This document shows, in pieces, positions 22,475 to 31,089 of a DNA stretch of 56,083 bases. The notes below the pieces were generated by a model. That model was not told where the DNA came from and made no database searches. It saw nothing but the letters and a program-made list of their open reading frames with translations. Positions within the stretch are counted from its first letter, which is position 1, and each line of letters starts with the position of its first letter. A program made the position numbers and the translations under genes. Location: NCBI GenBank assembly GCA_017482195.1, contig JAFUNM010000046.1:67931-124013 (forward strand), in the 5' to 3' direction. This DNA is from Clostridia bacterium (lineage in GTDB: Bacteria > Bacillota > Clostridia > Oscillospirales > QAKW01).

Positions 22475-24241
22475 TTAATCTTTATTTTCAATGATTGCAA
22501 TGCCCAGCTCTTTAAGCTGCTCAGGGGAAACCTCAGAGGGACATTCGCTCATCAGTTCAGAGGCATTTTGCACCTTGGGGAAGGCAACCACATCCCGCAG
22601 GTTCTTCAGGTTCAGCAGCTGCATCACCAGACGATCCAGACCGATGCCCATACCGCCGTGAGGAGGCGCACCGTACTGGAAGGCGTCAGTCAGGAACCCG
22701 AACTTTCGATGGGCTTCCTCGGGGGAAAGGCCCAGCATATCAAACATTCTGCCCTGCAGCTCAGGATCAGTGATCCGGATGGAACCGCTGGCCAGCTCCA
22801 CGCCGTTCAAGACCAGATCATAGGCCTTGGCGCGAACATTGGCTTTATCGGTTTCGAGATATTCCAGACACTCATCCATGGGTGAGGTAAAGGGATGGTG
22901 CATCGCTACCCAGCAATGATTGTCCTCATCCCAATCGAAGAAGGGGAACTCGGTGATCCAGAGCAATTGATAACCGCTCTTTTCGATATTCAGCTTATCG
23001 GCCACCATCAGGCGAAGAGCGCCCAGGGTATTCAGCACGGTGCTGTTCTTCACATCGGCCACAAAGAGAACCACATCCCCTTCTTCGGCACCGGCTCTCT
23101 TCAGAATAGCGGCCATCTCTTCCTCGGTCATAAACTTACCGAAGGAGCAATTGAGGCCTTCCGGCATCCAGCGAATAAAAGCCAGACCCTTAGCCCCGAT
23201 ACCTCTGGCATGCTCGGTCAGCTTATCGATCTCCTTACGAGTGAGAGTAGCAGCGCCGCCCTTGGCGGTGATACCGCGGACGCTTCCCCCTGCAGCAACT
23301 GCGCCGCTGAAAACGGAGAATCCGCTATCCCTTACGATATCACTGATATCAAAAAGCTCCATACCGAAACGGGTGTCCGGCTTATCGGAGCCAAAGCGCT
23401 CCATAGCCTCTTTATAGGTCAGGCGGGGCAGGGGCAAAGGCAGCTCCACATTCAATGCCTCTTTAAAGAGACGGCGCATAAAGCCCTCGCCCATAGCCAG
23501 CACATCCTCCATCTCCACAAAGGACATCTCCAGGTCGATCTGGGTGAATTCCGGTTGACGGTCAGCTCTTAAGTCCTCATCCCGGAAACAGCGGGCGATC
23601 TGCATATAGCGATCAAATCCGGCTACCATGGAAAGCTGTTTATAGATCTGGGGGGACTGGGGCAGAGCATAAAAGCTGCCGGGATGGATCCGGCTGGGAA
23701 CCAGATAGTCACGGGCGCCCTCGGGGGTGGACTTCATCAGCATGGGGGTCTCGATCTCGATAAAGCCATTCTCATCAAAATAGTCCCGCGTGATCTTGGC
23801 GATGCGGTGGCGCATCAGGATATTGCCCTGCAGATCGGGACGGCGAAGATCCAAAAAGCGGTATTTCAGCCGCAGTTCTTCATTTACATTGCTGTTTTCC
23901 ACGATCTCGAAGGGCGGGGTCTTCGCCTTAGACCAGACCTTTACCGTCTTAGCCAGAATTTCCAGCTCGCCGGTTTTGAGATTGGTATTTACGGCACCGC
24001 CGCGCTTGGCAACGGTACCGGTGACTTCCAAAACATATTCGCTGCGGACGGTAAAGGCTGCGTCAAAGGCTTCTTTATTCACCGACTCGTCAAACTGCAG
24101 CTGCACCAGGCCGGTGCGATCTCTCAGATCAATAAAGATCAGGCCGCCCAGATCCCGCTGGCGCTGAACCCAGCCGCAGACGGTAACCTCGCTGCCGATC
24201 ATCTCTTTGGTGATCTCTCCGCAATAATTTGTTCTTCTCAT
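22475..24241 (-). CDS. aspS: Aspartate--tRNA ligase
   Basis: RDLGGLIFIDLRD, LPQSPQ, CFRDEDLRADRQPEFTQ, PPHGG.GIGLDR; ATG 24241. Confidence 0.98.
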   Translation of the reverse strand: MRRTNYCGEITKEMIGSEVTVCGWVQRQRDLGGLIFIDLRDRTGLVQLQFDESVNKEAFDAAFTVRSEYVLEVTGTVAKRGGAVNTNLKTGELEILAKTVKVWSKAKTPPFEIVENSNVNEELRLKYRFLDLRRPDLQGNILMRHRIAKITRDYFDENGFIEIETPMLMKSTPEGARDYLVPSRIHPGSFYALPQSPQIYKQLSMVAGFDRYMQIARCFRDEDLRADRQPEFTQIDLEMSFVEMEDVLAMGEGFMRRLFKEALNVELPLPLPRLTYKEAMERFGSDKPDTRFGMELFDISDIVRDSGFSVFSGAVAAGGSVRGITAKGGAATLTRKEIDKLTEHARGIGAKGLAFIRWMPEGLNCSFGKFMTEEEMAAILKRAGAEEGDVVLFVADVKNSTVLNTLGALRLMVADKLNIEKSGYQLLWITEFPFFDWDEDNHCWVAMHHPFTSPMDECLEYLETDKANVRAKAYDLVLNGVELASGSIRITDPELQGRMFDMLGLSPEEAHRKFGFLTDAFQYGAPPHGGMGIGLDRLVMQLLNLKNLRDVVAFPKVQNASELMSECPSEVSPEQLKELGIAIIENKD

Positions 24242-25506
24242 TTGCAAAATTCCTCCAGCCACTCGGCATTCAATTCCGAAAGGGCAATCTTTTCCTGCTT
24301 CCCGTCCGCCATATTCTTGACGGTGAGCGCGCCTTCCTCCAACTCACTGTCGCCCAACACTGCAGTGCAGGCAGCTTTGATCTTATCGGCATATTTCATC
24401 TGGGCTTTCACCGACCGACCCAGTAGGTCATACTGGACTTTAGCGCCCTGATCCAGCAGTGCGCCGGTGAGACGAACCGCCTCTTTCTTCGCGTTTTCAC
24501 CCATGGGGATCAAAAACAGATCACAACCCCGTTCCTCTTCTAAGGTGATGCCGGCCGCTTCCAAAAGCAGCATAAACCGTTCCATCCCCATAGCAAAGCC
24601 GATGCCCGGCTGGGGTGCGCCACCGAACTGCTCGGTCATCCCGTCGTAACGTCCGCCGCCGCAGACGGTACCCTGAGCACCGATCTCGGTGCTGACAAAT
24701 TCAAAGACCGTACGGTTATAATAGTCCAAACCGCGAACGATACGGGGATTGACTTGATATTCAATCCCCATTATCTGCAGGTAATCCTTCACCTGCTCAA
24801 AATGGTCGTGGCAATCGGTGCAGAGGTAATCGGTGATCAGCGGAGCATCCTTGGCAACTCCCTGACAGATCTCGCTCTTGCAGTCTAATATCCGCATGGG
24901 ATTCTTTTCCAAACGCTCCCGGCAGGTAGGACAGAGTTTTTCCTGATCCTTTTCAAAATAAGCGATCAGAGCCTCACGGTATTTTGCACGGCATTCCTTA
25001 CAACCGATGGAGTTGAGCTCCAAGGACAGATTATTGAGACCGACCTTTTTGAAAAGGCGGGCAGGCAGAGAAATGACCGTCGCATCGGTGATGGGATCGG
25101 GAGCACCAAAGAGCTCCAGTCCAAACTGATGAAACTCCCGCAGTCTGCCCTTCTGGGGCTTCTCATAACGGAAGCACTGGATCAGGTAATAATATTTGGC
25201 AGGCAGCGCCTCATTAAACAGGCCGTTTTCCACAAAAGCACGGACGATACCGGCGGTACCCTCCGGACGCAAGGTGACGGATCTGCCGCCCTTATCCTCA
25301 AAGGTATACATCTCCTTGGTGACCACATCGGTGGTCTCCCCCACGCCGCGGACAAACACTTCCGTATGCTCGAAAACGGGGGTGCGGATTTCTTTAAAGC
25401 CGTATTGTGCGCAAAGTTCCCGGATAATACGCTCGGCTTTCTGCCATTTTCCGGATTCCTTTGGTAATATATCCTGGGTGCCCTTGGGGGCGGTGATTTG
25501 AGCCAT
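24238..25506 (-). CDS. hisS: Histidine--tRNA ligase
   Basis: LRPEGTA, FRYEKPQKGRLREFHQ, VRGLDYY, GGGRYD. Confidence 0.98.
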   Translation of the reverse strand: MAQITAPKGTQDILPKESGKWQKAERIIRELCAQYGFKEIRTPVFEHTEVFVRGVGETTDVVTKEMYTFEDKGGRSVTLRPEGTAGIVRAFVENGLFNEALPAKYYYLIQCFRYEKPQKGRLREFHQFGLELFGAPDPITDATVISLPARLFKKVGLNNLSLELNSIGCKECRAKYREALIAYFEKDQEKLCPTCRERLEKNPMRILDCKSEICQGVAKDAPLITDYLCTDCHDHFEQVKDYLQIMGIEYQVNPRIVRGLDYYNRTVFEFVSTEIGAQGTVCGGGRYDGMTEQFGGAPQPGIGFAMGMERFMLLLEAAGITLEEERGCDLFLIPMGENAKKEAVRLTGALLDQGAKVQYDLLGRSVKAQMKYADKIKAACTAVLGDSELEEGALTVKNMADGKQEKIALSELNAEWLEEFCK

Positions 25507-25542
25507 TTCTTACTCCTCTTTTCTTTCGTTAAAACGCCGTAA

Positions 25543-25570
25543 ATCCCTGCTCTTGAAAAAGAGCAGGGAT
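25543..25570. terminator. Hairpin between the mgsA-like gene and hisS
   Basis: ATCCCTGCTCTT / AAGAGCAGGGAT stem; only a short, interrupted U-tract on the minus strand. Confidence 0.5.
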
Positions 25571-25574
25571 CTTT

Positions 25575-25973
25575 TTATTGTCTGCTGATTTCCCGCCAGT
25601 CGAGATCGCCGCGCTCCAAGGCCATGATAATGACCTCAGCAGTCGCGATATTGGTGGCTACGGGCACATTGTGCACATCGCAAAGACGGAGGATATTCAA
25701 TTCCTCGCGCTCCCGGGTGGTAGGGGTCAGGGGATCCCGGAAAAAGAGCAGCACGTCGATCTCATTATAAGAAATACGCGCCGCGATCTGATCCTCTCCG
25801 CCGTGAGGACCGCTGAGCACTTTATTGATTTCCAAACCGGTGGCTTCTGCAATCAGGTTGCCTGTGGTGGCGGTGGCACAAAGCTGATGCTTAGCCAGAA
25901 TACCGGCATAGGCGATGCAGAACTGAACCATCAGTTCCTTCTTCTTTTCATGGGCAATCAATGCTATTTTCAT
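25575..25973 (-). CDS. mgsA: Methylglyoxal synthase-family protein with divergent active site
   Basis: IALIAH.KK, ATATTG, SGP.GG, FFRDPL, LRLCDVHNVPVATNIATAE. Confidence 0.8.
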   Translation of the reverse strand: MKIALIAHEKKKELMVQFCIAYAGILAKHQLCATATTGNLIAEATGLEINKVLSGPHGGEDQIAARISYNEIDVLLFFRDPLTPTTREREELNILRLCDVHNVPVATNIATAEVIIMALERGDLDWREISRQ

Positions 25974-25979
25974 TTATTC

Positions 25980-26726
25980 CTACTTTCTCCAGAAGGATGC
26001 CAGAGGGATATCCTCACCCTGCAGTCTCCCGGCGATATTCAAAAAGGCCTTAGCGGTAGGGGATTTGCTTTGCGGAAGGATCTCGCCCCGATTGGAGCAG
26101 ATGACCACCGCATCATCGTGAGGCACCAAACCTAAAAGGGGCAGGGACACCTGATCCATCACCTGATCCACATTCTGCAAATATCCTTTTTTGATCATTT
26201 GCTTACGGACTTTATTAATGACCAGTTCGGTCTGCATATTCCTCATCTTCGCCACGATCCCGGCAGTACGGCCCGCATCTCTCACAGAGGTGAGGTCGGG
26301 GGTAGAGACCACGATACACCGCTGAGCACAGTAGATGGCATTGCAAAAGCCTTCGCCCACGCCTGCAGGTGCGTCGATCAGCACATATTCATAATGGTTG
26401 CCAAGATAATGGCACAGTCGCCGAAAGGCCTGCCGGTCCACCTGCGCGGTATAATCCTCGGAGCCGGGGATAAAATGCAGGTTGGGCAGGGTATCGTGAA
26501 CGGCAACGCCCTGACTAATGGGACAGCGATTCTCCAAAATATCCTGCAGATCATAGGGAACCTTACTTTCCATTCCCAGCAGAATATCCAGATTGCGCAG
26601 CCCCATATCTCCGTCGATGGCAATGACGGTATGCCCTGCCATGGCGAGGGAGAAGGCAAGATTGGCACAAAGAGTGGTCTTCCCGACGCCGCCCTTGCCG
26701 GAAACGATGCTGATGATGGTTCCCAT
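25980..26726 (-). CDS. minD: Septum site-determining ATPase MinD
   Basis: SGKGGVGKTT, GLRNLDILLG.E, LIDAPAG, SVRDA, short C-terminal amphipathic tail. Confidence 0.9.
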   Translation of the reverse strand: MGTIISIVSGKGGVGKTTLCANLAFSLAMAGHTVIAIDGDMGLRNLDILLGMESKVPYDLQDILENRCPISQGVAVHDTLPNLHFIPGSEDYTAQVDRQAFRRLCHYLGNHYEYVLIDAPAGVGEGFCNAIYCAQRCIVVSTPDLTSVRDAGRTAGIVAKMRNMQTELVINKVRKQMIKKGYLQNVDQVMDQVSLPLLGLVPHDDAVVICSNRGEILPQSKSPTAKAFLNIAGRLQGEDIPLASFWRK

Positions 26727-26829
26727 GCAACAATCCTCTTAATATTTTCAACATTATTTCGACAGCAACTCTTAAAAAAGCCGCTACTTTGTCATTGTAA
26801 CATAAATAATATTATTAGTAAAGCATTTT

Positions 26830-28074
26830 TTATTGGATATTGGCGGAAAATTCCAGTTTTTCAGGGACATGGAATTCATTCATTTCCTCGCGGCAATAAG
26901 CGAGAACCTTTCTGCCCAGAGCAGCTGCATCTGTATTTCCCGCAGGCTGCAGTCGCAAACGGATGCCGCTGCCCTCACCGATACATTGGCAGGCGGCGAC
27001 CCCCGGCAAGGAGGAGATGGCCCTTTCCATATCCGCAAGACGCACTCCGAAATCCTTCACAAAATAAAGTTCTTCTTTTTGCACCTTCAGGGGGATCGGC
27101 GCGTTGAGCAGTGCCCCTTTTCCGCCCGTTTCCAGAAAGGCTTTAGCAGCAAATTTAGACATCAGCGGTGTCCGGTCTTTCCCGATTTGGATGCCGCCCA
27201 AAAGGTTGACCCAGTTGCCTTTAAAGAGGTCTGTTTTTTGGCGCAGTTCCCAAAAAAATTCTTCGGTTCCCACCAAATAATCCGGCATTTTTTTTGCAAG
27301 ATACGGCAAGGGATCACCGACACTCCAAAGAACGGTTATTCCCCGGCATAATGCGCTGTGTACCGCCAGAAATCCTCCTTCGGAAGCAAAAGAATTTTCC
27401 ACAAATACAGTTTGGATCCGTTCCCGGCGGCAGTCAAAGATCTCCACCGTTTCCTCTAACTCCCCGGACAGATAAGAGACCGGTTCACAGCTTAAAAAGC
27501 CGCTGCTGCCGAAAAGGATCACCGCCGGGATTTCAGGTTCCAAAGCCGGGATCTCATTGGCATTATAACGGTTGGCTTTCAAAAGCTCCTCAAAATCAAA
27601 TCCACCCACTTGGCAAGCAGGTTCTTTTTCCGAAAATTCTTTCTGTTCTCTTCCTTTAAGATCCCGTTCGGGACGGCATAAGATCAGATGGCTGTCGGGA
27701 AAGGTGCCTATCCGCTCCAGGTATTGCCGATAGCGAAACGGCGTCGTAACCAGCAGCTTACTTTGGGTGGTCTCCATTTGGTTTTGGAGTTCTCTGGGAA
27801 CACTTTGAGGATGGCAAAGCACCGGGATAGCACCCAAGCGGGAGAGCCCGTAAAAGGCCGCCAACAGATCAGGGCAATCGGGCAGCCAGAGGCAGACTCT
27901 CTCTCCCTTTTCCACCCCCATCTGCCGAAAGGAATTGTAAGCATATTCCGCCCGCGTGAGCAGGTCTCCGTAGGAGAAGGCCTTACTGCCGAAAAACAGC
28001 GCAATATCAAATTTTTTCCGGTAAGCACAACCCCGCAGACCGCGGTAGGCTGAGCCTGCTTTTTTTTCGTCCAC
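26830..28074 (-). CDS. Degenerate AMP-binding (acyl-CoA synthetase-like) protein
   Basis: N-terminal GVEKGERVCLWLPDCP...YGLSRLGAIPV resembles acyl-CoA ligases; P-loop and catalytic motifs are altered; GTG start with AAGGAG RBS. Confidence 0.65.
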   Translation of the reverse strand: MDEKKAGSAYRGLRGCAYRKKFDIALFFGSKAFSYGDLLTRAEYAYNSFRQMGVEKGERVCLWLPDCPDLLAAFYGLSRLGAIPVLCHPQSVPRELQNQMETTQSKLLVTTPFRYRQYLERIGTFPDSHLILCRPERDLKGREQKEFSEKEPACQVGGFDFEELLKANRYNANEIPALEPEIPAVILFGSSGFLSCEPVSYLSGELEETVEIFDCRRERIQTVFVENSFASEGGFLAVHSALCRGITVLWSVGDPLPYLAKKMPDYLVGTEEFFWELRQKTDLFKGNWVNLLGGIQIGKDRTPLMSKFAAKAFLETGGKGALLNAPIPLKVQKEELYFVKDFGVRLADMERAISSLPGVAACQCIGEGSGIRLRLQPAGNTDAAALGRKVLAYCREEMNEFHVPEKLEFSANIQ

Positions 28075-28103
28075 AGCGGTCTCCTTTCCGGCATTTTTTT
28101 ACT

Positions 28104-28133
28104 ATTTTATCAAAAAAAAAGCCTCTTTGTCAA
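28104..28133 (-). promoter_or_regulatory. Promoter of the AMP-binding-like gene, with a T9 run in the spacer
   Basis: TTGACA-18 nt-TAAAAT with TG extended -10. Confidence 0.65.
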
Positions 28134-28150
28134 CTGATCCGAGATTTCTC

Positions 28151-28179
28151 TTGACTTTAACTTTTTATTTTATTATATT
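28151..28179 (+). promoter_or_regulatory. Promoter of the GH20 gene (divergent pair)
   Basis: TTGACT-17 nt-TATATT. Confidence 0.65.
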
Positions 28180-28215
28180 ATAGGCAAGCAATCAAAAAAC
28201 AGGAGGAGATCCACG

Positions 28216-30087
28216 ATGTCTTATTGTTTCTCTAAATTGCCCGAAGAGCTTTTGACCGGTGCCCGTGCCCTTTTGCCCATGCTGGAGCTCAGCGAAAGCG
28301 AAAACGGCATTCCCGTTTACGCAGAGCAGAAGGAGGGAGATCCTTCCCTTGAGAAAACAGCGAAAAAAGTAGTCATTACTTACCATAAGAAAGTACAGTT
28401 TTTTCGAATGCTTTCCTTCCTGGAAAGCACCCTGATCGGGGATACCTACACCGAGCATCCGCGGCACACAAATCTTTGCTATATGGCAGATCAATCCCGC
28501 AATGCGGTATTCAATATTCCCACCGCCCAGCGGATGGTTCGTTCTTTGGCGCTCCTTGGATTTGATGAACTGCAGCTCTATACCGAGGATACTTATGAAC
28601 TGGAAAAATACCCCTATTTCGGTCATATGAGAGGCCGCTGGAGCAAGCAGGAGCTGAAAGACATCGTAGCCTACGGTGAGCAGTTCGGGGTCACCCTGGT
28701 CCCCTGCATCCAGACCCTGGCGCATTTGGAGCGAATCTTCCATTGGCCTGTTTTTAAAAGCGTATTGGATCGGGGTTCAGTGTTGCTGGTCGATGAGGAA
28801 AAGACCTATGAACTGATCGAAGAGATGTTCAAAACCTGCGCCGAGTGCTTTAAATGCCGCAAGATCAATATCGGCATGGATGAGGCTTGGGCTTTGGGAA
28901 CCGGTGCGTTCTTTAAACGCAACGGGCATGTTCCTCATACCGAGATCATGCACCGCCATCTAAAACGAGTAGCGGAAATTGCCAAAAAATACGGCTTTAA
29001 GCCCATGATGTGGAGTGATATGTATTTCCGTGCCACCTTTGGGGGCTACTATGTCACCGAGGGGGAGTTTCCCCAAGAGGTGTTGGATGGGGTACACCCC
29101 GATGTAACCTTGGTCTATTGGGACTATTACACCACTGACCGTGCCGCTTTTGATCATATGGTCAAACTGCACCGTTCCTTTAAAAATCCCACCGCCTTTG
29201 CCGGAGGATGTCAGAAGTGGGATGATTTTGTAGCCAGCAACAAGGCTACCAAGGTCATCGAGCCCATGCACATCGACGCCTGCTTAGAGCACGGTATTAC
29301 CGACATCTGGACCACAGGCTGGGGCGATAACGGTGCTGAAGCCGCCCACTTCTCCATTCTGCCGGGTCTGGCCCTCTATGCCGAAAAATGCTACAAGGCC
29401 GATATGACGGATGAATGGCTCTCCACCCGCTTTGAAGAGCTCTTTAAGGTATCGATGGAGGCCTTTGACCTGATGAGCGATATGAGTTATCCTGACCGCA
29501 CCGCCGAGGAACTGAAGGCACAAGCTCATTTCTGCAAGGAGCTGCTGTTTTCCGATATCCTTTACGGTCTTTACAATAAACACATTGACCGAGATCGCTA
29601 TCTCAACCATTATACTGCCATTGCCGAAGGCTTAAAAAAATATGCTGAGAATAAAAACTTCGGCTACCTCATCGATCCCATTCAGAAACTGGCTGAGGTC
29701 TGTGCCATGAAGGCCACCCTGCCCATCGATATCCGCACCGCTTATGAAAACGGCGATAAAGCCGCCCTCAAGCAGATCGCCGAGAAACAGATTCCCACCT
29801 GCATCGCTAAAGTGGATACTTTCTTAAAGGCGCAGGTGGCTATGTGGAAAACCGAAAGCCGGAACTTCGGCATCGAGGTTCAACAGATCCGTCTGGGCGG
29901 TTTAAAGGAGCGTATGGCCGGTATTGCTGACATTTTAATGGACTATGTGAACGGCAAAGCAGAGCGCATTGAAGAACTGGAGCAGCCCCAGCTTTGGCTG
30001 GATGGCCGCAGCAACGATAGCGCTCTTCCCCAACAAACCACCTGGCAGAAAAGCTGGGATACGATTTCTTCTGTTAACATTTTATAA
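28216..30087 (+). CDS. GH20 beta-N-acetylhexosaminidase, cytoplasmic
   Basis: D.SRNAV, LYTEDTYE, PCIQTLAH, catalytic NIGMDEA, MWSDM, YWDYY, TGWGDNG; no signal peptide. Confidence 0.9.
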   Translation: MSYCFSKLPEELLTGARALLPMLELSESENGIPVYAEQKEGDPSLEKTAKKVVITYHKKVQFFRMLSFLESTLIGDTYTEHPRHTNLCYMADQSRNAVFNIPTAQRMVRSLALLGFDELQLYTEDTYELEKYPYFGHMRGRWSKQELKDIVAYGEQFGVTLVPCIQTLAHLERIFHWPVFKSVLDRGSVLLVDEEKTYELIEEMFKTCAECFKCRKINIGMDEAWALGTGAFFKRNGHVPHTEIMHRHLKRVAEIAKKYGFKPMMWSDMYFRATFGGYYVTEGEFPQEVLDGVHPDVTLVYWDYYTTDRAAFDHMVKLHRSFKNPTAFAGGCQKWDDFVASNKATKVIEPMHIDACLEHGITDIWTTGWGDNGAEAAHFSILPGLALYAEKCYKADMTDEWLSTRFEELFKVSMEAFDLMSDMSYPDRTAEELKAQAHFCKELLFSDILYGLYNKHIDRDRYLNHYTAIAEGLKKYAENKNFGYLIDPIQKLAEVCAMKATLPIDIRTAYENGDKAALKQIAEKQIPTCIAKVDTFLKAQVAMWKTESRNFGIEVQQIRLGGLKERMAGIADILMDYVNGKAERIEELEQPQLWLDGRSNDSALPQQTTWQKSWDTISSVNIL

Positions 30088-30090
30088 TTT

Positions 30091-30122
30091 AAAAATCGGC
30101 ACCCCGTCGGGTGCCGATTTTT
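30091..30122. terminator. Bidirectional intrinsic terminator
   Basis: AAAAATCGGCACCC-cgtc-GGGTGCCGATTTTT between convergent genes. Confidence 0.88.
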
Positions 30123-30162
30123 ATTCTTCGTCGGTACTCAGAGTGAATCGATTCGAATCAAT

Positions 30163-30969
30163 TCACTCTATACTATTGTTCTCGATGGTCTCATCCACCA
30201 GTGAGCAAGCCGTATAGAGATAATCGGTGACGGTCATCTCCACGCCGTCTACGGTATGCAGCTCCTCCACCTCCTGGAGAGTAACGGAGATGCGCTTGCT
30301 GAACTTCGTGGAATCGGTGGTAACATCCACCTCACTGAGGCCATCGTCAATATAACAATCCACCAGAAGAGTATAAATCCCGGTAGCCTCATCGTATTTT
30401 ACATCGATCACATCCGGAACCAGAAAGGTTGTACTCATCCCGGAGGGAACCCGATAGCACCCGCTCAGCTTTTCATAGGTAAATGCTCCACAAACCTCTA
30501 CACTGCGGAAAGAGATCTCCCCCACATAATTGAAACTCTGACGGGCATATTTTTCCACATCCTCTTTCGGGATCAGGTAACTGCCGTCCTCCTGCAGAGC
30601 ATAAATACCCTGGCCGTTGACCTTAATGGCCTGCCAGATCCCATAGGAAACAAAATAATCGGTATTCAACTCCAGCGGATCGGTAAAGCTGGGAAAATCC
30701 TGCTTAACAAAATTATTGATATACAGCTCAAAAAATTCCTTAGAGCCAACCTCATAGCCGGAGGAACGGGCCTCTTCAAAAGGAGCATTAGCATCGATCA
30801 GATCGGGATCTACGCCTTCTTCATAGATCTTTTCGGGTTTGAACATATGATAGACCCGATTACCGCCCAAAAACAGCAAAAAGGCACAGCCGCCCAAAAA
30901 GGCCAAGCCAATACAAAAGGTCAGGATCTTATGGCCGTATTTACGGAAAAAGATTGCAACTTTATTCAT
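30163..30969 (-). CDS. Hypothetical membrane-anchored extracellular protein
   Basis: Basic N-terminus, one TM, acidic extracellular part; own promoter. Confidence 0.7.
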   Translation of the reverse strand: MNKVAIFFRKYGHKILTFCIGLAFLGGCAFLLFLGGNRVYHMFKPEKIYEEGVDPDLIDANAPFEEARSSGYEVGSKEFFELYINNFVKQDFPSFTDPLELNTDYFVSYGIWQAIKVNGQGIYALQEDGSYLIPKEDVEKYARQSFNYVGEISFRSVEVCGAFTYEKLSGCYRVPSGMSTTFLVPDVIDVKYDEATGIYTLLVDCYIDDGLSEVDVTTDSTKFSKRISVTLQEVEELHTVDGVEMTVTDYLYTACSLVDETIENNSIE

Positions 30970-30998
30970 AAATGCACTCCACATTAAAATTTGTTTTT

Positions 30999-31059
30999 AT
31001 TTTACCCCTTTTTTGCTTTTTCGTCAAGGGTTGCATTCTTTTGTGAAATCTTATATAAT
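30999..31059. promoter_or_regulatory. Back-to-back divergent sigma-A promoters
   Basis: Minus: TTGACG-17-TAAAAT (30999-31027). Plus: TTGCAT-17-TATAAT (31031-31059). Confidence 0.7.
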
Positions 31060-31089
31060 ATCAATATTAAACCCAAAGGAGGGAATCGC

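Noticed and set aside
12868-24451. Plus-strand ORFs of 250-440 aa opposite infB, nusA, DUF4340, GldG-like and aspS
   Set aside because: Fully overlap well-supported minus-strand genes and have no protein-like motifs
25980-26726. minD without adjacent minC/minE as a novel system, or as a plasmid ParA
   Set aside because: Sequence is typical MinD in a housekeeping context; partner genes may lie elsewhere in the genome
31037-31050. TTTTGTGAA in the U32 promoter as a third copy of the VTC-operon box
   Set aside because: Single half-site with no partner at 11 bp; likely chance in AT-rich DNA
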